From a virus (Duplodnaviria > Caudoviricetes), in the IMG/VR virus record IMGVR_UViG_3300027891_000004, positions 64,001-128,000 of that record: DNA of 64,000 bases; one strand, written 5' to 3'. The notes beneath the pieces are model-generated. The model saw only the letters and a list, made by a program, of their open reading frames with translations. It was not told where the DNA came from and searched no databases. Shown here in pieces: positions 37,420 through 46,702 of the stretch; positions within the stretch are counted from its first letter, which is position 1, and every line of letters begins with the position of its first letter. The position numbers and the translations under genes are program-made.

Positions 37420-38136
37420 TTATTTTTCAATCAAATCACAGATTTGATCTCGCACGCCAGGTTTCGCGCAGCGACGTACGAATTCGTTGTAAGCTCGGTT
37501 GTAGTAATGCGGTCCATACCCTTTCCGGATACCCATCTCCTGCTCAATTTCCTTAAATTTCAGTCGGTCCCTGATGCGTCGTGTAATAATCCATTCCGCG
37601 TAACTGTCAACGGGTTTCCTATAAAACTCGTCGGATTCACGTGGCCTATCGGGAAACAGGTATTCAATTCCAAGCCCCATCGAGTACTGCCTCGATTCGT
37701 TATACGATTCCTTTTCCTGGGCAGCTTCCGGGAAAACAATATCGCAAATTTCGCCAAACCGCTCCATCAGCCGAACCGAAAGTTGTCGGTCGCCTTCGGG
37801 CGTGTATTCAATTTGTGCTTCAAGCGATTCATGTTCATCATCATCGGCAACAAGGTCGGAAAAGCAGGACGGGTGCATCTTAAACCGTTGAGTTATCTGC
37901 TTCAAAACGAAACCTTGCGCGTAGAAACCGAACGTACCTTCTTTCCCTTTCTCGCCCGCGTTGAAACGTGTATAGGCTTCATAAAGTCCGTCCGTAATAC
38001 TTTCCTCCAAATCCTGGAAGGGCACCCCTTTGTTTAGATACTTTCGATAAAGGTGGGCGGCATTGTAATTGTAATTCGGATTGTTGTTGGGGTCAACATT
38101 TATAGTATACGACGAATAAGTAGCGGTTTGGGACAT
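37420..38136 (-). CDS. Phage sigma70-family sigma factor
   Basis: Region 2 (FQDLEESITDGLYEAYTRFN...TFGFYA) and region 4 HTH (LKFKEIEQEMGI). Confidence 0.7.
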   Translation of the reverse strand: MSQTATYSSYTINVDPNNNPNYNYNAAHLYRKYLNKGVPFQDLEESITDGLYEAYTRFNAGEKGKEGTFGFYAQGFVLKQITQRFKMHPSCFSDLVADDDEHESLEAQIEYTPEGDRQLSVRLMERFGEICDIVFPEAAQEKESYNESRQYSMGLGIEYLFPDRPRESDEFYRKPVDSYAEWIITRRIRDRLKFKEIEQEMGIRKGYGPHYYNRAYNEFVRRCAKPGVRDQICDLIEK

Positions 38137-38247
38137 TGCAAAATCCTTTCAAAAAAGCGGTTTGTAAAAAGTATGGGCAGCAGTATAAACAATTAAAAAA
38201 TAGATGCGAGTATGCCTGGGATACGTTTCAACAAATATATTGAGATT

Positions 38248-38646
38248 TTATTGCCATTCGGCAAGAAGCTCAAAATAGGCATCTTCGTTTTTATCGTTTG
38301 GTAAACATACGGCGATCTGGTTTATAAACGTAGCCAGATCACAAAAAGTATGCGACGCAGATTCCGACAACGCTCGGAGAACCTTTCGCAACCGTCGGGC
38401 GGCCCGTTCTTCCTGTTTTTCAAAAAGTGGACCTTCGGCGATCTTCGGGACGATATAATCCTCGCCATCAAATCGAACGTGCAACGCGGTCCCGTCTTCG
38501 CAAACGCGGACGACCGTATCGTAAAAATCGAATTCATCCCAACTAGGGAAATCCTTTCGTAACGTTTCAACGTTCACTTTGCGGCCTTCCCGCGACAACA
38601 GCGCGCGGATCAAAGATTCTCGTCTCTTTTCGGAATGGCTAGACAT
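38248..38646 (-). CDS. Hypothetical protein
   Basis: AGGAGG RBS before MSSHSEK; 19-bp element upstream. Confidence 0.6.
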   Translation of the reverse strand: MSSHSEKRRESLIRALLSREGRKVNVETLRKDFPSWDEFDFYDTVVRVCEDGTALHVRFDGEDYIVPKIAEGPLFEKQEERAARRLRKVLRALSESASHTFCDLATFINQIAVCLPNDKNEDAYFELLAEWQ

Positions 38647-39123
38647 GGTTTTTCCTCCTTCTTGTAAAAAATAGTCTTGAAATATCATGTAGGCCGTCTG
38701 CCTACACACAAATTCCAAATAGCTTCGTAGAGCAAGTTTTCACGATTTTTAATCGAAAAAAACGTGGACGCGCACAGCTATGAATGTCGGCAATGCGACG
38801 ACATACTTAAAGAGCAGTCGCCATCAATAATAAATTGGCAACTGTTGTGGAAAGATTCGATTTCTCAACGCCGTCATTATTTCGGCGGCGATGGCCGTTA
38901 CGACGGGAACGGCAACGGCGTTACTCGCTTGTGCTCGGATTATCGCTTGCCCATTCCAATTGTCCCGTCGGAAAGCCAAATTGTTCGGCAACAGAGGCCG
39001 CAAACGCTTCCGGCTGCGCGAGAAAAGAAACAATCCTGGATTGTGCAAAACGCATCATTCTACGAAAACAAAAAAAGGCAACCGACCATGTAGAAATCGG
39101 TTGCCGTATGAACAAAAGAAACT

Positions 39124-39996
39124 TTATTTGCAGCAGGGGCGCAGCCAACGCAGCGGGCGTATACAGCCGCCTTCACGCGCTTGGTCTGAAGCACACGTGC
39201 ACGCTTCCGGGGCCGTTGTCTCTGCGCAACCACACGCTTTCGGCACGCGAACCTTTACGCGGGCGCAAGCCTTAGGTTCGGGCGCCTCTACTGGTGCGCA
39301 CGCCTTTGGCGTTTTCACGCGGGCGCAAGCCTTAGGTTCGGGCGCCTCTACCGGTACGCACGCCTTTGGCGTCCTTACCCGTGCGCACGCCTTAGGGGCA
39401 GGCGTTTCGGCGGGTACACAAACTTTTGGCGTCCTTACCCGTGCGCACGCTTCCGGGGCGGGCGTTTCGACCCTGGCGCACGCCTTAGGCACGAAAAGTT
39501 CCTGCACAACCGGTTCGGGCGTGCAGGCCGTAGCGGGCACGCAGGCGGACGGGACGCAGGCGGAAGTGGCAACAGCAACTTCTCGCGTAACGGTCCGCGT
39601 TACCGTTTTCGTAGCACCACGAAACGTCCAATACGCCCCATCCTGCCCGACGCCGCATTTTGCGATCCGGTTAGAAAGCATAAACGCACGATGCGGGGGC
39701 GAATTCATCCACATACGAAACGCGGCATTGGCATCACAAGCACCACGCGCGATATTCTCCATGCCGGAACCGTGCCTGAACCCGGAAGTTCGCATCTTGA
39801 TACTCCACCGTTGCGAACCCGCCATAAGTTCGGGATCGATTTCAAGCGGCGACAACCCGCGTCGTTCCCGCTCCGCGTTGAGTATCTCAACAAACTTCAA
39901 CTCCTGCTCGGACGTAATGGTCAAACCGCTATCCGCCGCAAAAGCAAACGCGTAAAGAAACACAAACAACACGGCAAACATAACTGAAAACCTCAT
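39124..39996 (-). CDS. Secreted CAP/SCP-domain protein with Cys/Pro-rich repeat tail
   Basis: Signal peptide; LNAERERRGLSPL, ENIARG, WMNSPPHRAFML; PKACARV repeats. Confidence 0.85.
   Translation of the reverse strand: MRFSVMFAVLFVFLYAFAFAADSGLTITSEQELKFVEILNAERERRGLSPLEIDPELMAGSQRWSIKMRTSGFRHGSGMENIARGACDANAAFRMWMNSPPHRAFMLSNRIAKCGVGQDGAYWTFRGATKTVTRTVTREVAVATSACVPSACVPATACTPEPVVQELFVPKACARVETPAPEACARVRTPKVCVPAETPAPKACARVRTPKACVPVEAPEPKACARVKTPKACAPVEAPEPKACARVKVRVPKACGCAETTAPEACTCASDQAREGGCIRPLRWLRPCCK
39236..39490. repeat. Imperfect tandem repeat of about 60-bp units encoding PKACARV-x-TPKAC-x-P
   Basis: For example, ACGCGGGCGCAAGCCTTAGGTTCGGGCGCCTCTAC occurs twice, 60 bp apart. Confidence 0.85.
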
Positions 39997-40115
39997 ATTC
40001 TTCTCCTATACTGAGGATTAAAGACGACCGCATAACGCAGTCATCAGAAAGTGAACGCGGTCCAAGCCGACCGCTACAAAAATATATCGTTTTTATGCCG
40101 ACAAACGTGACATAA

Positions 40116-41066
40116 TCAAGAACCAAGTTCGGAAAGGTTCACGTAATACGTACCAAAAGTAAAATTGGTACACATTTTTTTTACATCCGCTTCGGACATC
40201 CAGCACCCTCGTTGTTTCAAGCCGCCAGACAACGAATCAGCGACGTAGTTTTGCAGGTGACTATTCAGAAAATAAACATAACGACGACCGGTCTTTTTCC
40301 CCTTCCGGGCCGCCACAAACGCGGTTGCATGGCTCCCTCGCGCCCAACCGCTTACCTCCCCCAGATCATCCGAATTAAGCGTAGAACTCGACGGATAAAC
40401 GCTAGAACCGACAGCGACACCAAAACCGGCCATACAGGCGGAATAGATGTAATCAAAACCGGTATCGGGCAAATAGATAACAACAGATTGCGTTTTCAAC
40501 GCATTTTTGGTCTGCTGACTGTTCGGCTTGTACTTGCGCGTATAGGCACCCACGTCATAAGGACCAAAATCGTCCGACCAGAAATTGCCGACAGTCGCGG
40601 CCCATTTGCTCATCGGGTTAAGATTCAAACCTGAACCGAAAGCAACCCTGCCATTTCCACGGGCCAGTGAATAGGTCATAGAGTTCGCGATACCTTTCGG
40701 GACCAACCCGGTCCGTCGGGCCATCGTCAACGCCGATGCGTTCAGGGAATTACGATGCGAAAAGCTAACGCAATCGCCGGTACGTTGTTGGAAAGCGTAC
40801 CCGTCAACCCAGTTGACTCCGAGCGTTTTATACAGATTCCACGGGAGATAAGAATCCCGGCCTTCGCTATCAATCAACGCCGCCATGTGAGCAATATACT
40901 TCTCCCATTCGGCGTCCCAATGCATGATTTTTATTTCGTTGTTCGTGTCCATCCAATGCGAGTTAAACGGCACCGCCACGGACATACATTCTTCAAACAA
41001 CGCCAAATCTGCTTCCGTTGTCGGCAAGGCTCCGTTTCGCATCTCATACGTGATTATATCGCTCAT
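40116..41066 (-). CDS. Papain-like (C1-type) cysteine peptidase
   Basis: QQRTGDCVSFS (oxyanion Gln, catalytic Cys), GSHAT (His), FLNSH (Asn). Confidence 0.65.
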   Translation of the reverse strand: MSDIITYEMRNGALPTTEADLALFEECMSVAVPFNSHWMDTNNEIKIMHWDAEWEKYIAHMAALIDSEGRDSYLPWNLYKTLGVNWVDGYAFQQRTGDCVSFSHRNSLNASALTMARRTGLVPKGIANSMTYSLARGNGRVAFGSGLNLNPMSKWAATVGNFWSDDFGPYDVGAYTRKYKPNSQQTKNALKTQSVVIYLPDTGFDYIYSACMAGFGVAVGSSVYPSSSTLNSDDLGEVSGWARGSHATAFVAARKGKKTGRRYVYFLNSHLQNYVADSLSGGLKQRGCWMSEADVKKMCTNFTFGTYYVNLSELGS

Positions 41067-41162
41067 TGCTTTTTCTGCTTGCTGGTTATTTGATTTTACT
41101 CACATTTTTCAAGTCAATTCGCCTGAAAAACAGCGTTTTCCTATTTGCTGGCCATTTGCTGG

Positions 41163-41537
41163 CTATTTGTTTATTCTTGCCGCGAGTTTTTCAAGCTGTT
41201 TGCTCATTTCCTTCAAATCGGGATGCCCCAACTCCTTCAACACCTGCAGACGAACAGCTTCGGGCAACAGCGACGCGAACACGGCGATAGCGTCTTCGGC
41301 TGTTGCGTGCGCATCGGCCTCAACGGAATCGCATGTCAGACGAATAGCTTCCCGAACCAACGCGGCATGTTCGGCGGACATAGAAAGCGTATCGGCAGGC
41401 CGGGTTATTTGCACGAGTCGCCCAATGTCGAACAACCCCTGCATATAGCCAAAAGCAACAAACATGATTGCGGCAATGAAAATCCAACTCAACCAATAAC
41501 GCCGAATCACATTATGTTTTTGTTCTGTACGTCTCAT
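41163..41537 (-). CDS. Membrane-anchored hypothetical protein
   Basis: N-terminal TM segment. Confidence 0.5.
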   Translation of the reverse strand: MRRTEQKHNVIRRYWLSWIFIAAIMFVAFGYMQGLFDIGRLVQITRPADTLSMSAEHAALVREAIRLTCDSVEADAHATAEDAIAVFASLLPEAVRLQVLKELGHPDLKEMSKQLEKLAARINK

Positions 41538-41543
41538 AACATA

Positions 41544-42266
41544 TTATTTGGCAAGAGAAAAACGGACGATACCAAACGGGCCACGGACGGTTCGCACGCT
41601 CGGCGAGGCCATCGCCGATGCGGAGCATTTGCCCGGTTTACTCGAAATCCCGCCATGTGGCGGGATTGTTGGCAACGCCTCGTCGGACGCAAGGGGCATA
41701 TCGGATTCCGTAACGACCGATTCCAAAAACGCCCATGTCTCCCGACACCGCTCGAAAAGGGACTTTTTTTCATGCGGCGTGCCCATTTCAAAAGCAAGCA
41801 GCGCGTTACGCAAATCCAAAACAGCCAAACTAACACGAGCAACTTCAGGAACACCTGCGTCAACGTTAGGGACAGGGGGCATTTCCCATGCAAAATCATC
41901 CAAAGACGCGGCAACCGCTCGTGGCGTCTGCGGCAGTTCCCAAAAGCGACTATCTGCCTTTTGGCCCTTCATCCATGAGACAAGGAACCAGATGACAACG
42001 GCAAGAATAACCAACTGGACAGCATTCTTCCAAACAAAAGTGAGAAGCGGCTCAAAATTTAAAGTAACCGGCTCTCTATTAGTTTGCGAAGAAAACGACA
42101 TCGATTGTACGTCCATCGACGCATTCAACTCTTGCTGCAACGCGGCGATACACTCGTTAAGCGATTTGTAAAGATCGGCAAGGTCTTTGTCAATCTGCTT
42201 TTTCTCTTCGAGCCGCTGCTTTATAGAGGCCCGTAAACCTTCAAGCGAATTTGTAGTTGTTTGCAT
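41544..42266 (-). CDS. Coiled-coil membrane protein
   Basis: N-terminal coiled coil, one TM; contains palindrome copy 41646..41667 (IPPHGGI). Confidence 0.55.
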   Translation of the reverse strand: MQTTTNSLEGLRASIKQRLEEKKQIDKDLADLYKSLNECIAALQQELNASMDVQSMSFSSQTNREPVTLNFEPLLTFVWKNAVQLVILAVVIWFLVSWMKGQKADSRFWELPQTPRAVAASLDDFAWEMPPVPNVDAGVPEVARVSLAVLDLRNALLAFEMGTPHEKKSLFERCRETWAFLESVVTESDMPLASDEALPTIPPHGGISSKPGKCSASAMASPSVRTVRGPFGIVRFSLAK

Positions 42267-42351
42267 TTTTTAGTTTCCTTATGTAGACGGAAAAACAAAC
42301 CAATGAAAGTATAGCAAATTTCAAACGGTTTGCAACACGTAACTACATAAT

Positions 42352-42558
42352 TTATTTTGACTCCAGTTCCAAACCTAGCCGACATCCTTCAAACAAAGAA
42401 TTAGAATAGTTTCCATCTCGCGTGTCCGTTTTATCCATATAGCCGAGAGAACAACAGGCCATATAGCCTCGCTCATTATGGCACTGGTAAGACCTACGAC
42501 TATAAAAAGGGCAATCGCCGCAAGTTTCTGGTTTGTCTATTTCTATAGTTACTTTCAT
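42352..42558 (-). CDS. Small Cys-rich phage protein
   Basis: KPETCGDCPF...CRL. Confidence 0.55.
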   Translation of the reverse strand: MKVTIEIDKPETCGDCPFYSRRSYQCHNERGYMACCSLGYMDKTDTRDGNYSNSLFEGCRLGLELESK

Positions 42559-42561
42559 AAT

Positions 42562-43470
42562 TTACCTCAATTCTGCAAAATAAAGTAATTCATCAATTTG
42601 TTCTTTTGTCGCGTCTGCCGGGTCAGACGCGTCCAAACAAACATTATCCGTCCTACCCGGAAAAGGACTTAACGCGCGAGCCAATTCCCGCGCTTGTTGC
42701 TGCGTACCGCGTTCGCCGTCGAAGCAGATAATCCTGCGTTGGAACTTTGCAATCTCGTCAAACTGCCCCCTTGTTATTTTCTTCCCGAACGTAGCCACCG
42801 CATTCTGTTCCACACGCATCGCATCGAAAACCCCTTCGCACACAATGATCGTATCGTAATACGATACGTACTGCGCCCCATACAAAAGCGATTTCAAAGG
42901 CCGCAACTCTCGCGACGGCGGGGCGGCAAGGTACGCTGGTAAAACGTCGTCAGCCGTCGTCCGCGTAAGCCACGAAACAACGACACCGTTCCGATCCGGT
43001 ACAGGGAAAAACAACCTTCGACGATACGCCCATTCCGGACTGGTATGTATCGCCATTACGCCCCATTTGTCTCGAACAGTAAACGGGTCCAATCCGCGTT
43101 CAACAATGTACTGACACAAATAACCGACATCAAAAAGGGGACGCACGCCACCAGGCGGGCTATACGTGCCGGTCGGTTTTTCAACGGGCACATTATAATG
43201 CGACGGGAGTTCAAGCTGCGAAATAAGGTTCCCGGTATTCTCGCCGGGAAACAGCACTCTAAATACTTGAGGAATTGATTTCCATCCGCAGTTCCAACAT
43301 GTAAAAAAACCCTTTTGTATATGCCAACCCAGCCAGTTCTTATCGCCACCGCAAAAAGGGCAGGGGAACCCCAAAAAATTGTCGGTAATATGCTTATCTC
43401 GAAGACCTTCGTCCCCCTTCCTTTTTACTGGGACGCCGCGACTCCGAAGAAAATGTTCCATTGTCGGCAT
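42562..43470 (-). CDS. DNA primase (Zn finger + TOPRIM)
   Basis: CPFCG...CWNCG, RLFFPV, VCEGVFDA, AVATFG, ICFDGE, DPAD. Confidence 0.9.
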   Translation of the reverse strand: MPTMEHFLRSRGVPVKRKGDEGLRDKHITDNFLGFPCPFCGGDKNWLGWHIQKGFFTCWNCGWKSIPQVFRVLFPGENTGNLISQLELPSHYNVPVEKPTGTYSPPGGVRPLFDVGYLCQYIVERGLDPFTVRDKWGVMAIHTSPEWAYRRRLFFPVPDRNGVVVSWLTRTTADDVLPAYLAAPPSRELRPLKSLLYGAQYVSYYDTIIVCEGVFDAMRVEQNAVATFGKKITRGQFDEIAKFQRRIICFDGERGTQQQARELARALSPFPGRTDNVCLDASDPADATKEQIDELLYFAELR

Positions 43471-43500
43471 AGGCTACTGGCTTTACTCAGCGGATGTTTT

Positions 43501-44001
43501 TCATTTATTTACAGCGGTGATTCGTCCAATTATTTTTTTGATATCCTTACGAGGGAAATTCCAAGCAACTTCGTCAGGCGGCAACGAAGAGCGATATACA
43601 GGATTTCGCAGTTTGCAATACTTTTCAACCAACTGCTTTGCCTCGTCTTCACAGGCGGCGAAAACATGAAATGTTCCTGAACGGTCGTAGCGCACCTCTA
43701 CCTCGTAGCAATATTTATCTTTGGTTCTATCTGTTCCTATTTTCATCGCTGGCAAAATGCGGTCAGACAAAGTGACATTTTTGATGACGTTACGGCGCCC
43801 GCTAACCGCAGGGAAAACCCATCCAACAATTGCGAACTGCCCGTTAAGTTTATTCTGCGGCAATGTTGTACAGGCCCTTGATTGATATTTCCAACATTTC
43901 TCAGCAACCAACTTTCGCGCTTCATCCTCATTCTTCGCGCATACAAAGAACTTACCAGGGAAGGTAAACGTGATTTCTACTTCATATTCTCTTTTTTCCA
44001 T
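43501..44001 (-). CDS. Protein of two internal repeats, downstream partner of the HigB-like gene
   Basis: YEVEITF...AKNEDEARKLVAEKC and YEVEVRY...ACEDEAKQLVEKYC. Confidence 0.6.
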   Translation of the reverse strand: MEKREYEVEITFTFPGKFFVCAKNEDEARKLVAEKCWKYQSRACTTLPQNKLNGQFAIVGWVFPAVSGRRNVIKNVTLSDRILPAMKIGTDRTKDKYCYEVEVRYDRSGTFHVFAACEDEAKQLVEKYCKLRNPVYRSSLPPDEVAWNFPRKDIKKIIGRITAVNK

Positions 44002-44489
44002 AGCAGATACTCCGGGTCATTATGGTAGTCCCAAATTTCCTGTATTTCAACCGCAGTAACCTTTGACCAATCTAAATTCCCGTTAGCATCAACGGGTGTA
44101 GGATCGTGTTTTGGCACAAAAACCAAACGCCACCCACCATGTAAAGCGCCAGCAAGTTGCCCAGCCCTATTACCCTCAAGACTATGAAAGTTACCGCTTT
44201 TGTCTCTCAGCCCCCGCAACTCCTTTTTATCCTTCAATTCTGCAAGGGTAATGGCCTTTTCTAGCCGTTGCAACTGCTTTATAAGGACTTTTCGGTTTTC
44301 TGGCACCACGCCAAATTCTGAACTTTCTGGATTACAGTGTTCAGCAACTTCTGGATTTTTATAGTGGATATCCACCATATTATCCACCGATTCGCACAGG
44401 ACGCCGCAGGCAACTTGATCGCCCCAGATATTCACGCCTTTTCCCAAATCGCTTACTGACCCACCGTATAGCCTTTCAAATTCGCTCAT
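43977..44489 (-). CDS. higB: HigB/RelE-like toxin domain with a 38-aa N-terminal extension
   Basis: RLEKAITLAEL...GNFHSLEGNRAGQLA..LHGGWRLVFVP...VTAVEIQEIWDYH; domain begins at SVDN|MVDIHY. Confidence 0.75.
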   Translation of the reverse strand: MSEFERLYGGSVSDLGKGVNIWGDQVACGVLCESVDNMVDIHYKNPEVAEHCNPESSEFGVVPENRKVLIKQLQRLEKAITLAELKDKKELRGLRDKSGNFHSLEGNRAGQLAGALHGGWRLVFVPKHDPTPVDANGNLDWSKVTAVEIQEIWDYHNDPEYLLWKKENMK

Positions 44490-44651
44490 AATTCTTTATT
44501 GCATATATTTTACAAAAAAAAACATCAAAAACAAAGGGTGCCGCGTTCTCGTTCCGGTATAATGTGCGGGGACGCCGATCAGATATGCGATTTTTTCGGA
44601 AAGAATCCATGTTTTTATTGACAACTCGTTGTCTATGATCAGCTCAAAAAG

Positions 44652-44676
44652 AAAAGCCCGCCTGTGTGGCGGGCTT
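44652..44676 (-). terminator. Terminator built from a palindrome variant
   Basis: AAGCCCGCC-TGTGT-GGCGGGCTT followed by a T-rich tract on the minus strand. Confidence 0.7.
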
Positions 44677-44687
44677 CAATGCGGCTT

Positions 44688-45212
44688 TTAGTATTCGCCG
44701 TCTTCCGTCTCCGATTCGGGCGGCGATATTTCGGCCAAGAATTGGTTCACCGCCTTTTTAGAGCCGAGCGGACCACCGGCCAAATTCGTTTTGACAAGCG
44801 CATTGGCTTCCGCCACAGCATAGGCTCCGAGCGAATCTTTGTAAACATCAACTTTCGCATCCTTAGCAAGCGGAAAGTTTCGAGATACGTTGGCGGCCGA
44901 CGCAAAATCGAACGGCATCATATCTTTCGGCGTCCCGGATGGGGTCTTGTGAACGTGTTCTTCCAAACCCGGCGGCACTTTGTTCTTATCCGGCCCGTCT
45001 TCGCCGTCTATCGGGATGTTCCCTATGTCCAGCGGCTCGCGTTGAAACTTGCCGTGAAACATCAGGTCAAGTTCATCGGGGCATAGAAACGATTCGCCTT
45101 TGGAATACTTCCGGTGCTTACCCTGATGTTCGCCTTCGATTACGCGAAACTTATAAAGGGGGCGACCGTCTTTTGTGGTGCGCGGCATCGCCGCTACTGT
45201 ACTTACAGACAT
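44688..45212 (-). CDS. Hypothetical protein, probably virion-associated
   Basis: Follows the decoration-like gene; GAGGA RBS. Confidence 0.55.
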   Translation of the reverse strand: MSVSTVAAMPRTTKDGRPLYKFRVIEGEHQGKHRKYSKGESFLCPDELDLMFHGKFQREPLDIGNIPIDGEDGPDKNKVPPGLEEHVHKTPSGTPKDMMPFDFASAANVSRNFPLAKDAKVDVYKDSLGAYAVAEANALVKTNLAGGPLGSKKAVNQFLAEISPPESETEDGEY

Positions 45213-45367
45213 TTTTATCTCCTATAGGGTTCAAATTGAAAGAGGCTCACCAACCTCGAGGGTCCGTTGCGCAACGGACAGCAAAAAGTATGAAAATCGG
45301 CAGAGCGCACATGGAAACGCTCTGCCGTGTAACTGTGGAACAGAAATCCACAGTTACAGGGGCACGG

Positions 45368-45988
45368 TTAGGCGATCCTGACCCTAAGCAGGTTCACAAG
45401 CGCACCGTTCAGGTTCGGGTCGCGCATCGGACGCTCGCTAGTGGACGTATCAACCGCGTCGAAAAAGAACGGCGGCTGGTTCGCAGGCATATCGGTTGCC
45501 GGGCAAACGAATTGTTCGATAGCATGTGCCTTAACCTCGCTCCCGCCCGCTCCGGATTCGTTAGTAACGTACATACCGTTCGGGGTTTGGATGAGGAAGA
45601 GCGGGTCGCCGTTTTTATACGATCCCTCGACGCACCGCATAAGCAACCGGTCGCCGGAATTCGGGCGGTGCAACAGCGTAACTTCGCCGGGGATGGCCTT
45701 ATGGTTGAGACCCTTGCCAACAAGTGCGTTTTCGATGACGACGAACATTTCGACGTCATCGATCTCCATATCGGTGGGCACCTGCGATTGAACGCCGACA
45801 AGGTTCTGTCGAACAACCTGGGTGCCGGGCACTCCGGGTAGTTCGGCCAACTCGGGGTCTTCATCAAACGGGACGACGGTAACAACCGCTCCGGGGAGCA
45901 CGTTGCCTTCCTCATCCTTACTCAAAATATATTCTTCGTAAAAACCGTTCGAGGGTTCAAGACGAATAGTGTTTTGGTCAACGATCAT
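45368..45988 (-). CDS. Putative capsid decoration/cement protein
   Basis: NTIRL...VLPGAVV...VVIENALVGKG...SGDRL...GDPL, C-terminal LLRVRIA; AAGGAG RBS. Confidence 0.6.
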   Translation of the reverse strand: MIVDQNTIRLEPSNGFYEEYILSKDEEGNVLPGAVVTVVPFDEDPELAELPGVPGTQVVRQNLVGVQSQVPTDMEIDDVEMFVVIENALVGKGLNHKAIPGEVTLLHRPNSGDRLLMRCVEGSYKNGDPLFLIQTPNGMYVTNESGAGGSEVKAHAIEQFVCPATDMPANQPPFFFDAVDTSTSERPMRDPNLNGALVNLLRVRIA

Positions 45989-46000
45989 TGGGTTTTCTCC

Positions 46001-46696
46001 TTAATAGTAGTTTTGGTTCATACCGTTAGATGGGTTTGTCGAAGGCAATTCTAGCGGGGCACCCATCTGATACGCACCCGAATTGAAAACTGCTCTATCC
46101 GCCATCCCGGCCCCCTCGAAATTCCATTCGTTCATAGAGACGCGAGATTTTTGGTTGGACATCAGAGACGCCCATTTCTTCAGGTCGGGCGTCGGCATCC
46201 TTCGCAGGTCGGATTCCGTCCATGCTCCGTTGCAATTGGTAACGATAACATCGATAGACTCCTGCCGCATCATATCGCGGGCCGCCTTACCTTCTCTCAA
46301 TATCGCCGCCGTCGGTGTCGTGGACGTTTCGATAAATTCCTGCACGTCCTTCTCCGTAACGGGGCCGCTTTTTGCCACGTTCGCAACGGCGACCTGCGGC
46401 AAGAAGCGGTTCAATACAGACACTTCCTCTACATCAAACTCGGTTTCCAAAGCATCGCGTAGTTTCTTTTCAATACCGACCAATTCTACGATATCCTTTT
46501 GACAATCCGACAATCCTTCCTGCAACTCGTGCAGACGTGCTTCATTATGGACAGGGACGGTTTTTGAGCCGAGACCGGAAACCATACGTTGTAACACATC
46601 TTCGGGTATCCTTGTCAAATGTTTTGCATCGTCCCCACAGAACGATGAATTCGGATCGTTAATGATCTGCTTGATTAAACTATTCTTGCTGCTCAC
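46001..46696 (-). CDS. Putative scaffold protein
   Basis: Two repeats of I-x-x-I-x-x-N...(F/W)-x-x-x-D-x-x-x; V-x-N motifs; C-terminal PLELPST. Confidence 0.5.
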   Translation of the reverse strand: MSSKNSLIKQIINDPNSSFCGDDAKHLTRIPEDVLQRMVSGLGSKTVPVHNEARLHELQEGLSDCQKDIVELVGIEKKLRDALETEFDVEEVSVLNRFLPQVAVANVAKSGPVTEKDVQEFIETSTTPTAAILREGKAARDMMRQESIDVIVTNCNGAWTESDLRRMPTPDLKKWASLMSNQKSRVSMNEWNFEGAGMADRAVFNSGAYQMGAPLELPSTNPSNGMNQNYY

Positions 46697-46702
46697 CGGA
46701 AA

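Noticed and set aside
39236-39490. CRISPR-like array
   Set aside because: The repeats are in-frame coding repeats without unique spacers, and no cas genes are present.
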